Shown here one piece after another: positions 10,211 to 22,072 of a stretch of 64,000 bases of DNA (positions are counted from its first letter, which is position 1; every line of letters starts with the position of its first letter). The notes beneath the pieces are model-generated. The model did not search any database, was not told the origin of the DNA, and saw nothing but the letters and a program-made list of their open reading frames with translations. Source of the DNA: Phyllobates terribilis (taxonomy: Eukaryota); NCBI RefSeq assembly GCF_046119375.1, contig NW_027362762.1, positions 714,612,001 through 714,676,000 on the forward strand, written 5' to 3'. Both the position numbers and the translations under genes were made by a program.

Positions 10211-12110
10211 ACATCTCCTCGCGGTCACTCAGCATAGCTGAATTATCGGTACTACAGAAAAGCCTGTCGTTTTGCCCATCTTACAAATGTAATACCTTTG
10301 TTTTAGATATGGAACTACAGAGGTTCTATTGGTCCATTAGACATAAGGCACATTTCACTCAGGGGGCTACTGTCAATACCACCACATCCTCCATCAACTT
10401 GGCCAGCATCACTGCGGCCAGTCTGGGATTAAAAAACAAAAGCACATACCGACCCCCTCAATATTATCATGCGGCAGAAACCTTCAACAATTTCATCAAT
10501 CAAACCTTCCAAAAACTACGGTCTGATATTGACTTGGGTCGGATACATTACCATCACAATCTATCCCCTTTAGATAGACAGGCATTAAGATCACTGGAAT
10601 CTGACCCTTCAATTATTATCAAACCGGCAGACAAGGGTGGGGAGATAGTGGTCATGGACAAATCCTCCTACCTCAACGAGATCCAAAGACGGTTGGAGGA
10701 CAGTTCAGTGTATCAAAAGCTAGCACACGACCCCACCCCTATAATTAGGAATTCGATCTCCAAGACCCTAGAATATTATTCCCTGAAGGGGACGATTGAT
10801 TCCAAAACCTGCGAATTTCTATCCAAAAAATCCCCCATCACCCCAGTATACTGTACACCACCAAAAATCAATAAAAATATAGAAAATCCCCCAGGATGTC
10901 CGATTGTCACCTTTACTGAATCGATCTTGTCACCCTTATCTATCTTTTTGGAAAAAATCCTGACCCCTTTAGTCAAGGAAACTACATCCTAGACACAGGG
11001 GCCTTGCTCACCACTACTAGGGAAATTACACAGATCAACCCAGACTCCCTACTAGTCACTCTTGATGTCAACAATCTATACACCTCCATTCCACATGAGA
11101 AGGGTATCAATTGCGAAAAGAATCTACTAGAAAATTCACAAACATCACCTGAAGTCAGCCATCTTTGCCTGGACCTTTTAACCTTGGTCCTAACCAAGAA
11201 CTTCTTCCTTTTTCAAGACACCTTCTACCTACAAAGACATGGTACCGCCATGGGGTCAAATGTGGCCCCCCCATATGCAAACTGCTACATGTCTGCATTT
11301 GAAGAGGAGGTGGTCTACACACGCCCTCTCTTCAAGACCTATTCCACGGTGTGGAAGTGCTACATAGACGACATTTTTTGCATATGGAGGGGGCCCCCCG
11401 AAACCCTAATGGAATTCTTTGAAATTTTAAATTCATCCTGGGATGGCCTCCGGTTCACTATTACGTCCAGCAGAGAATCCATTAGTTTCCTTGACACGAC
11501 CATCATCAAAGACGGGTTGGGTTACCTCTTATCTGATCTATACGTAAAACCCATGGATAGAAATAGTCTCTTGCATTACACAAGTCTGCATCCTAAATCC
11601 ATCTTCAACTCTGTTCCCAAATCCCAATTCCATCACGTCCAACGCATAGTCAGTAATCCTTCCACACAAGACTTGAGAACAAATGAGATGAGGCAAAAAA
11701 TTTCTTGATAGAGGTTACCCACCAGATACGTTGTCCCGAGCCTTGAAACCCACCACCCGAGTACGTCTCACCTCCAACATCTGTATTCCATTCGTTCATA
11801 CCTACCATCCCATGGTCTCTGTACTCCATAGAAAAATCAGACAACATTGGAACATACTCCAAAAAGCCTACCCAACAGTCCCAGAATTCAAAGCCCCCTT
11901 TCTACCATGCTACAAGAGCCACTAATATTCGTGACTGGCTTGTACATTCTGACATTGTTACCACTAATACCAGACCCCGTCAAAGATTCCTATCTACACC
12001 TAAAACGGGGACATTCCCATGCCTACAATGTTACCAGTGTAACAACATAATCAGAGGAGATACTCTCTACCATGCACAATCAGGGAAACAATATAAATCA
12101 AGGATTACTT
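10192..12110 (+). pseudogene. PLE ORF2 (RT), disrupted and truncated
   Basis: KPADKGG, GTAMGSNVAPPYAN and YIDDIF are split over several frames. Confidence 0.88.
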
Positions 12111-13615
12111 CAACTAGCACCATCAGCAAGCACGTCCAAGTACATGTCCCAGCGCAGCGTTCAGTTGTCCCTACCTCAGTCCTTGGAACGCAAGCGCAAA
12201 TATGCAGACAGCAACCCTCAGGCCACACTAATAAATTCACACATTTTGCAAATGACTGTGCTAAAAATCTTGCCTTTTAAGCTCATGCAGATGAAAGCTT
12301 TCCAAAACCTGATGTCGGCGGCCGTCCCTCAGTACTCGGTCCCCAGCCACCACTATTTCTCCCTGTGTGCCGTCCCCACATAACACAAGCACATGTCCCA
12401 GAGCATTAGCCATGTCCTCAACAACGCAGTTACTGGGAAAGTCCACCTAAGCACGGACACGTTGACAAGTGCTTGTGGGCAGGGACGGTACATCTCGCTG
12501 ATGGCAGACTGGGTTAATATAGTGGAAGCTGGGACCCAGTCGGACCTTGGGACGGAACACGTCCTCCCAACACCAAGGATTGCGTACTCAGGGTCAATTA
12601 GGGTTGCCACCACATTCTACAGGTCCTGCATGCCCTCCACCTCCTCCTCCTCTTCAGCCTCCACCTCCGAAATGACCATATCAGTCACAAATCCAAAGGC
12701 GGTGAAGGAAGAGATATACGTCCACGCCGCTGAAAAATCCTCAAATCAGGAACATATAATAAAATCCTTGTTTATTGGTAAATGCCTACGCGTTTCTGGG
12801 TGTTTCACACCCCTTCATCAGGGCACCAACAGATATATCCTATTGGGCTTTGCGCTCTCTCTCTCTTTGTATCATATCAGTCACAAGCTGGAAGCAATGC
12901 AGCACTGCCTCGGCCAAGTGGCAACAGGCTGTGCTTAAGCTAATATGCTTAGGTGACAAACCACACAATGCTGAAGAGTTGTGGACAGCTCTGAAAGAGC
13001 AGGTAGATCTGTGGCTGACACCGCTGAACCTACACCAGGCATGGTGGTGTGTGACAATGGCCGGAACCTGGTGGCGGCTCTGAAGCGAGTTGAGCTCACA
13101 CACGTACCATGCCTGGCCTATGAGCTTAACCTCGTGGTTCAGCGGTTTCTCAAAACCTACCCAGATCTGCCAGATCTGCTACTCAAAGTACGCCGCGTGT
13201 GTGCCCATTTTTGACAGTTAGCTACAGCTTTCTTCACCCTTGCCATGCTTCAGCAGCATTTGCAGCTTCCAGCTCACTGACTGGTGTGCAATGTCCCCAC
13301 ATGTTGGAACTCTACATTGCAGATGTTTGGAAGGATTTGTGAGCAGAAGAGGGCAGTTGTTGACTACCAGCATCAACACGGCCATCGGTATTCAGGTCAG
13401 ACTCCACACATAAGACCTCCGGAGTAGACATGGATATCAGACATCTGTACCATCCTCCAAAACTTTGAAGACTCCACCAAGATGGTGAGCGGCAATGACG
13501 CCATAATTACTATCCCACATCTCTGTCTTCTCTGCTCGCAATTAAAGAGGATGCATTGCAGGCGGAGCTTGATAAGATGGAGCAAGGAACCATACAGGGT
13601 GATTCTACACAGCCC
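12110..13615 (+). pseudogene. Degenerate hAT transposase fragment (different subfamily from 34921-38601)
   Basis: QLSLPQSLERKRKY, VPQYSVPSHHYFS, VHLSTDT, HVPCLAYELNLVVQRFL. Multiple stops and frameshifts. Confidence 0.85.
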
Positions 13616-13624
13616 AGCCTCATC

Positions 13625-15709
13625 TCATCCTAACGTGCATTTCATCGCATTCAAACAGTCCCTCACTACCACACTCACTGCTGCAAAACAAACATACTGT
13701 CATCACTCATATCCTCCCTGTCACACAACCCTAAACAGCTATTCAACACTTTCAATTCTCTCCTCCGTCCCCCAGCGCCTCCTCCCTCTCCTCTCATCTC
13801 AGCCGAGGACCTTGCCTCAATCTTCAATCAGAAGATTGATACCATCAAAAAAAGCTTTTGCCTAAAGTCCCCACAGCCCCTTCTCATATATACTCAATCT
13901 TCCTCCTCCAAAACCAGCTTCTCCACAATTACAGAAGATCAACTTTCCTCCTTACTCTCCAATTCACACCTCACCACTTGTGAACTTGACCCTATCCCGT
14001 CCCACCTCATCCCTAACCTTACTACAGTCTTCATCCCAACTCTAACCCACCTCTTCAACCTGTCACTAGCAACTGGTGTCTTTCCCTCATGCTTCAAACA
14101 TGCCTTGATCGCACCTATCCTCAAAAAGCCCTCCCTTGACCCATCCTCTATGACTAGCTATCGCCCCATATCACTTCTCCCTTATGCCTCAAAAATACTG
14201 GAACATCACGTCCATTTTGAACTGTCCTCCCACCTCTCCTCCTGCTTCTTCTTTGACCGCTTACAATCTGTCTTCCGACCGCATCACTGCAAAGAAACTG
14301 CCCTGACTAAAGTCACCAACAACCTACTAACTGCCAAATCCAAGTGACACTACTCTGTCCTCCTCCTCCTTGAACTTGCATCTGCCTTTGAAAAAGTGGA
14401 CCATTCCCTCTTACTACAGACTGTCTCATCTTTTGGTATCAAAGACTTGGCCTTATCTTGGATCTTCTCATTCTTAACAGACAGGACCTTCAGTGTTTCT
14501 CACACACACACCCTCCTCACCTCAGCCCCTATCTGTCGGTGTCCCCCAAGGTTCAGTCCTAGGACCTCTGCTTTTTTCAATCTACACCCTCGGCCTGGGG
14601 CAGCTCATAGAGTCTAACAGCTTTCAGTATCATCTCTATGCTGACGACACACAGATTTACCTCTCTGGACCTGATATCACCTCCTTACTAACCAGAATCT
14701 CACAATGTCTGTCTGCTATCTCATCCTTCTTCTTTGCTAGATTTCTAAAACTTAATACGGATAAAACTCAATTCATCATCTTTCCCCCATCTCAATCAGA
14801 CCCCCCATCTGACCTATCCATCAAAATCAATGGCTGTCCACTTTCCCCAGTCCCACAAGCTCGCTGCCTTTGGGTAACCTTGGACTCTAACCTCTTTCAA
14901 ACCACATATCCAAGCTGTTTCCACTTCCTGCCAACTCCATCTCAAAACATCTCCCAGATCCGCACATTCCTCAACCACGAATCTGCAAAAACACTAGTGC
15001 ACGCCCTCATCATCTCCCGCCTCGACTACTGCAAACTCCTGCTCTGTGGCCTCCCTTCCAACACTCTTGCACCCCTCCAATCTATCCTAAACTCTGCTGC
15101 CCGACTAATCCCTCTGTGCCCCTGCTATTCCCCGGCCTCTCCTCTCTGTCAAATGCTTCACTGGCTCCCCATTGCCCAGAGACTCCAGTTTAAAACCCTA
15201 AACATGGCATACAAAGCCATCAACAACCTGTCTCCTCCATACATCTGTGACCTAGTCTCCCGGTACATACCTACAAGCAACCTACGATCCTCACAAGATC
15301 TCCTTTTCTATTCCTCTCTCATCTCCTCTTCCCGCAATCACATACAAGATTTCTCCCATGCATCTCCTCTACTCTGGAACTCTCTAACCCAAAGCATCAG
15401 ACTCTCGCCCACCTTGGAAACCTTCAAAAGGAGCCTGAAGACCCACCTCTTCCGATAAGCCGACAACCTGCATTAACCATCGCTCTACCACACCGCTGCA
15501 TGACCAGCTTTACCCTCACCTACTGTATCCTCACCCATCCCTTGTAGATAGTGAGCCCTCTTGGGCAGGGTCCTTTCTCCTTCTGTACTAATTTGCCTTT
15601 GCGTTTTTGTTCAAGATTATTGTAATTGTTTTCACTATGTATACCCCCTTTTTCATATGTAAAGCGCCATGGAATAAATGGCGCTATAACAATAATAACT
15701 AATAATAAT
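13625..15709 (+). mobile_element. L2/CR1-group LINE, 5'-truncated and degenerate
   Basis: LKKPSLDP...[29 protein letters not shown]. Ends in an (AAT)n tail. Confidence 0.92.
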
Positions 15710-16184
15710 GCAAAAGCGCATCAAATACGCTACATGAGAACATAGCCCAAAGTGTGGAGGAGCATTTTTGTTTTTTTATATTTATTTTTCCTTATATTCA
15801 AGTCATTACCCTTATAAGGATGTTCCTTAACATTTTTCCCAGGAAAATCCATTTTGGTTTCGTTTTTGTATGTTTTATTGTAAGTCCGTTAAAGTGGCGT
15901 AATACCTCTGACAACATTGACAGCAGTGACCTGGCAGTCCGAGATGCTGCCAGGGGTCTTCCCCATGCTGTTGCCATGTCATTTGAGCACTGTTCCCAGG
16001 GCTGGCTCAAGGTTTTCCTGTGCCCTGGGCGAAAGAGTCTCAGTGGGCCCCTTTAACACATACCACGATTCATGATGCACAGATACCGCAGAGAAATATA
16101 TATATAGTACAAAGATTTCACTTCTTACATTACATGAGCAATATCTATTGTAAATTCCACAATAGCTTAGAAACCGGTGAATCG

Positions 16185-17250
16185 CTCCACACAGTATACT
16201 GGCCCCCATAAAATGCTTCATACAGAATACTGGCCCCCATAAAACGCTCCATACAGAATACTGGCCCTCATAAAATGCTCCATACGGAATACTGGTCCCC
16301 ATATAACGCTCTATACAGAATATTTGCCCCCATATAACGCTCCATACAGAATACTGGCTCCCATAAACGCTCCATACAGGATACTGGCCCCCATATAATG
16401 CTCCGTACTGGATACTGGTCCCCTTATAACGCTCCATACAGGATACTGGCCCCCACATAATGCCCTATGCAGGCTGTTCCCCCCTTGTAATGCCCCATGC
16501 AGGCTGTTCCCCCCCTTATAATGCCCCATGAAGGATGTCACCCCCATATAATGCCCCATACAGGATGTCTCCCCCAATATAATACCCCATGCAGGATGTC
16601 ACCCCCCATATAATGCCACATGCAGGATGTCACTTCTCCCCCCATATAATGCCCCATGCAGGATGTCCCTTCCCCCCCATATAATGCCCCATGCAGGATG
16701 TCCTTTACCCCCCATATAATGCCCTAGGTAGGATGTCCCTTCCCCCCCATATAATGCCCCATGCAGGATGTCCCTTTCCCCCCATATAATGCCCCATGCA
16801 GGATGTCCCCCCCCCATATAATGCTCCATGCAGGATGTCCCTTTCCCCCCATATAATACTCCATGCAGGATGTCCCTTCCCCTCCCATATAATGTCCCAT
16901 GCAGGATGTCACCCCCCCGTATAATGCCCCATGCAGGATGTCACCCCTCATATAATGCCCCATGCAGGATGTCACCTCTCCCCTCCATATAATGCCCCAT
17001 GCTGGATGTCCCATTCCCCCATCATATGCCCAATGCAGGATATCACCCCCCTCTCTTTAAAATGCCCCATGCAGGATGTCACCCCCCCATATAATGCCCC
17101 ATGCAGGATGTTACCCCTCCATATAATGCTGCATGCAGGATGTCACCTCCAATATAATGCCCCATGCAGGATGTCACCCCCCATATAATGCCCCATGCAG
17201 GATTTCACCCCCCATATAATGCCCCATGCAGGCTGTCACCCCCCCAGATA
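16185..17250. repeat. About 31-34-bp minisatellites (two related units)
   Basis: aatactggcccccatataacgctccatacag, then atgcaggatgtcacccccccatataatgcccc. Confidence 0.95.
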
Positions 17251-18489
17251 ATGCCCCATGCCTCCATACATTAAAAAAAAAAAAAATCAAATACTCACCT
17301 CACTCCTCCTCACCTGCTGCCACTGCCAGCCTCGCCGGCGTTGTCCCACTCTGCTCTGCCTGTGATAGCTCAGCGGAGGGCGTGGTGGAAAGACGTCACC
17401 GCACCCTCTGACCTAAGACGTCACAGGGAGCACACAGCAGGAAGACAGCGGATCTGCAGAGGCATGCCCTTAGTTAAAATGTGAGAACCAGTGTTTCACA
17501 TGCTCAATAGAGAAATTTCTGGTCAAAAGACCAGAGGAGGAAGATTTGTACTCAACATGCCTGTAGTAATGTCAGCCTGAAGAAGTCTGATGTTACCATT
17601 CTGCATAGATATATTTGTTAGTACTAATCATTGGCTATTTATGAACTTGTCGAGTTGTAGAAAAATAAAAGAGTTGGAAGATAGAGTTGGATCTTTTGGC
17701 TTACTGACTCCACAGCGCCAGTATATGGATCTACGTACTGTACATACTGGTTACTCATTGTCACAGAATACTGCTGGGGGGGTCACTCAGATCCCACCGC
17801 TGCCACCAGTTGACAGGGAAACGCAACTCCGCTGCCTCCAATCATCATAACAATACCGCAATTGTCTGATGAGTGATTGACAAGGCTGCTTCCACTACTA
17901 GACCGGCTATTGGAGAACTCACGGTGAGCGTATTGTATGTACAGCTACGATTCCAACTCAGGTAATACATGTGTATACCCCCTATACGGTCACTACCGGC
18001 TCTGCAATAACAAAAATAACTACTAGCTGCCATCACCAGTCATTTATACAGGCCAATTGGACACCCGTTACAGGTAGCGTATGGCTTCAGGGGTGCGGTT
18101 TAGAGAGCAAGAGGAACAGAACTATTACATTTTATATTTAATGCAAAAAGATAGGCAGTGTTTGCAAAAAATATACAAGATGATGCAAAATGAGAACAAG
18201 CAATACGATATATACAATTACATAAAAAAAAAATAATAACGAAATAAAACTACTAAACTTGGTCACGGAAATGGCTCAGAGCACTTCGATTGAGAGAATG
18301 GAAAGAACGTCCACAGCAAACTATGTCTTCCAAGGACTGACAAAGGATCCAAACACACATACTGCTTTTTATTAGCTTTAAGTTACGTTGAATTGTCAGC
18401 TCTTCTCCATTCTCTGAGGATGTCTGTATGGATTTTGATTTTTACTCTATGACACCCATTTATTTTTGATTTTTAGAATTATTACTTTA

Positions 18490-18925
18490 CTCCTTTACCC
18501 CCATATAATGCCCTATGTAGGATGTCCCCCCCCCATATAATGCCCCATGCAGGATGTCCCTTTCCCCCCATATAATGCCTCATGCAGGATGTCCCTCCCC
18601 CCCATATAATGCTTCATGCAGGATGTCCCTTTCCCCCCATATAATACCCCATGCAGGATGTCCCTTCCCCTCCCATATAATGCCCTATGCAGGATGTCAC
18701 CCCCCCATATAATGCCCCATGCAGGATGTCACCTCTCATATAATGCCCCATGCAGGATGTCACCTCTCCCCACATATAATGTCCCATGCAGGATGTCCCT
18801 TTCCCCCATCATATGCCCAATGCAGGATATCACTCCCCTCTCTTTAAAATGCCCCATGCAGGATGTCACCCCCCATATAATGCCCCATGCAGGCTGTCAC
18901 CCCCCCATATAATGCCCCATGCCTC
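18490..18925. repeat. Second copy of the minisatellite
   Basis: Same unit as 16460-17250 and followed by the same downstream sequence. Confidence 0.95.
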
Positions 18926-20339
18926 CATACATTAAAAAAAAAAAAAATCAAATCCTCACCTCACTCCTCCTCACCTGCTGCCACTGCTCAGGTCCAGGCT
19001 CCAGCATCGCCGGCGTCGTCCCACTCTGCTCTGCCTGTGATGGCTCAGGGGAGGGCGTGGTGGAAAGACGTCACCGCACCCTCTGACCTAAGACGTCACA
19101 GGGAGCACACAGCAGGAAGACAGCGGATCTGCAGAGGCACAGGGAGAGGTAAGTATCCGGCTGCCGGGGCACTGAGCAAGCGGGGGAGAAAGGTAGGCGC
19201 TGTCACCACTCTCCTCCGCCCATAGACCGGCTGGGTGCCCGACCACGAGAGAGTCTCCCGCCTGCTCAGGGCCCCGGCTCTTGCCCGGGTGTGCCGGGTG
19301 CTGACACCGGCCCTGACTGTACCCATCGATTTGGGCAATTTTTAGGCCCTCTGCAGACCTCCAGGGCGGCAGTCGGAAAAATGCTCGAGTTTCCCATGGA
19401 CTTAGATTGGGCTCGTTGCTCGGATTAAGCACTCGAGCATTCCAATTTGCTCTACTCGAGCAACGAGTACCCAAGCATTTTAGTGCTCGCTCATCACATG
19501 TTACGGGTCTCGCAAAATTGCGACAAAAGCAAAGTTGTTTTTTTTTACAAGTTTTCAAATTTTTTTCACCACTTAAACAATGATAAACTATACATGTTTG
19601 GTATCTGAGTAATTATACTGACCTGGCGAATCATATTTTGTCAGGTCAGTTTTACCATATAGTGAACATGGTAAATAAAAAAATCAATTGTGGAATTTAA
19701 CTTTTTTTGGAATTTCAATGCACTTCAATTTTTTTTCCCTGCTGTTCATAGCATGACTTAAAAATCAATGGTGTCATTGAAAAGTAAAACTCCTTCTGCA
19801 AAAAAAACAAGCCCTCCTATGGCTATATGGATTGAAAAATAAAAATGTTATGGTCCTTGGAAGAAGGTAAGGAAAAACAGGGGTCAGAAGGTTACCACAG
19901 CGCATTTCGAACTCCGAAGAAGCAGACAGCGAAACGTGCATCAGGGGGTATTTGCTAGTGGTACACAAAGCTGTATTAACAAGAGATTTTGTCTTTTCAA
20001 TCTTTATCAGCCGTTGCTGTAAGCCTTGAATCCCTCTTTATCCAATTGTAAATACTATGAATGGAATATTATATGCTGTAAGGTGGCTGTTAGACACACA
20101 GTGGATGGGAGATAAACCTGGAGTAATGCTTTAGTGCATATAGAACTAAAAGGGGTTAATCGGCCATGACAGGTTAATTATGAGCATCTGAACGGCTGAT
20201 CACCATATCTCTATCCCTGGGTGTGGTTCACTTGGTAAAATGAAACCTATTTTTATATGTAATTAATAAAGTATGAATTGTTTATTTTTCAAATGGATTC
20301 TGGATATTTATAGGGTTTGGTATATTTTGGTCAGATTTA

Positions 20340-20690
20340 TGAGTTTTTCTGGCCCTTTTTGGTTGATTGTCCTTTAATTTGCAATATAGATGTCTACAAA
20401 CTTGTCATCAGTTAGTCTGCCTATTTAAAGGGTGAAAAGTAGCCACTGTTTGGTATCATGGTGTGTACCACACTGAACACGGTGAAAAGATAACTAAAGA
20501 GAGAGATGCCTCAGGAGATTAGGAAGAAAATTATAGACAAGCATGTTAAAGGTAAGACCATTTGCAAACACATTGATGTTCCTGTTACTACAGTTACACA
20601 TATTATTAAGAAGTTTAAGATCTACAGGACTATAGCCAACCTCATTGAGTGTGGCCGCAAGTAGAAAATTGACGACAATTTGAGCACCTA
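20340..20690 (+). pseudogene. Tc1 transposase N-terminal fragment
   Basis: Translates to ...EIRKKIIDKHVKG...DVPVTTVTHIIKKFK...GRK, a Tc1 HTH region. Confidence 0.8.
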
Positions 20691-20804
20691 GATTATTCAA
20701 TAAAACAGATTTTATCATTTTTATTCTTGCAAGTGTCTTTATATTTTTTGCTTATTCAGCGTTACTGGTGCCTTCTACACACTTTCTTTCTCCCTTCTTC
20801 TACA

Positions 20805-20891
20805 GTCTTGACATTTGGTGTATGGCACAGAACCCTCATCTATTTGCAGTGCCTGTCGAGTTTTCTAAATTGGAGAGATGGATAATACAAA
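20805..20891 (+). other. Candidate host coding exon (LDIWCMAQNPHLFAVPVEFSKLERWIIQM)
   Basis: Strong acceptor ctttctttctcccttcttctacag, donor ATG|gtaatt, and a single open frame. Protein not recognised. Confidence 0.4.
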
Positions 20892-21263
20892 TGGTAATTA
20901 AGCCCTTTCCAAGATGGGAAATTTCCTTGTTTGAGTCTTCGTTTTTTCCTTCTTCCAAGAGCCATAACTTTTTTATGTTTCTATTCACATAAAACTTCTG
21001 AGGGCTTTTTTTTTCAAGACAACTTGTTCTTTTGAAAGACAGCATTCATTTTACCACATAGTGTGATAGGCGGGCGGCATGACCGACGTTTTCCCTGCCC
21101 CCCCGAATCACGAGCCCCATAGCATCCTCGTGGTCTGCTGCCATTGGCAGTATGCCACTGCCCTTAAGGGAATTGCCAAAAAGGTCTGGCCGCTAACAAC
21201 ATTTATGATGCAGGCTAGAGAATAGACATAGAATCAGTTTACTTTGCTTCTTCTACCATTCCG

Positions 21264-21519
21264 TATTATTATTATTATTATGCTTTGCTTATATAGCACT
21301 ATCATGTTCCACAGCGCTTTACATACATTATCATCACTGCCCCCATTGGGGCTCACAATCTAATTCCCTATCAGTATGTCATTGGAGTGTGGGAGGAAAC
21401 CTGCACAAACACAGGGAGAACATACAAACTCCTTACAGATGTTGTCTTTTGTGGGATTTGAACCCAGGGGTCCAGCACTGCAAAACAACACTGCTAACAA
21501 ATGAGCCATTGTGCTGCCC
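21264..21519 (-). mobile_element. tRNA-derived SINE (V-SINE-like)
   Basis: Degenerate A/B boxes, central conserved block and (AAT)n tail. Homologous to 23923-24180. Confidence 0.8.
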
Positions 21520-21781
21520 AGAACACAAAGATATGTACGAGTCTGATCCATTTTGAGCAATATAGTTTAGCTTTTGCTATGTCTTCTTATGCCAAGAATG
21601 GATGGCAGTTCAGATTGCCCTATGTTTCACCTTACTGGCTTGCTGCTTTGTGTGAATATGGCTCTGTTAAGTCTACCAGAAAATAAACCTTAAAGCAAGA
21701 CAAAGTTTTAGATTAGTAAAATCAGAGTAAAAAGTGCAGGAAAGGCATCTTTCACACAATCCTTTTCATCTGCTATGCAAC

Positions 21782-21910
21782 AGATGGACCGATCAATGTT
21801 CCCAGATGAAGTATACAGAGGATCAATCATTGAGTCATATCGAGGACACTCGCTAATCATTCAGTGCCTACACATGCAAATTGTTTGTTCTCATAGCAAT
21901 GAATAAAATG
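21782..21910 (+). other. Candidate terminal exon with polyA signal
   Basis: caacag acceptor, an open frame to a stop, and AATAAA at about 21903. Confidence 0.25.
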
Positions 21911-22072
21911 CTATTAACATTTTGTAACATGTTGAATTTTTTTTCTACTTAGCCAGAAATATTTTCTTTATTGTGCACAATTTATATTGTAAGCTTATAA
22001 GGTGCAAATATATTTGGAAAAGTCAGCTTAGAATTGTACAATTCAATGTTTTACTGATTGGTCAATATTACA

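Larger units (their letters stand above)
8720..12110 (+). mobile_element. Penelope-like element, copy 2 (inverted, 3'-truncated before the GIY-YIG core)
   Basis: Reverse complement of about 5030-8400. Has ORF1 and RT with YIDDIF. Breaks at ...aaggattacttca. Confidence 0.92.
15997..19315. mobile_element. Nested non-autonomous hAT-like element with minisatellites and an internal duplication
   Basis: TIRs CAGGGCTGGC / CCGGCCCTG. Flanks ACTGTTCC / ACTGTACC give an 8-bp TSD with 1 mismatch. Confidence 0.75.
15900..19497. mobile_element. Non-autonomous hAT-type MITE (TAGTGATGAGCG-like end), interrupted by a nested element
   Basis: Right end gctcgctcatcac at 19497. The left part resembles the copy at about 55960-56246. 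Left boundary is approximate. Confidence 0.55.

Noticed and set aside
10190-10257. Putative intron joining PLE ORF1 to ORF2 (CAG|GTA...CTACAG)
   Set aside because: Splicing would remove the VVNISS...ELSVL motif typical of PLE RT proteins. The ATGA overlap explains the junction better.
19911-19950. Hammerhead-like motif CCGAAGA-AGC agaca GC-GAAACGTGCATC
   Set aside because: Stems I and III are broken and the core has U4C. At most a decayed relic.
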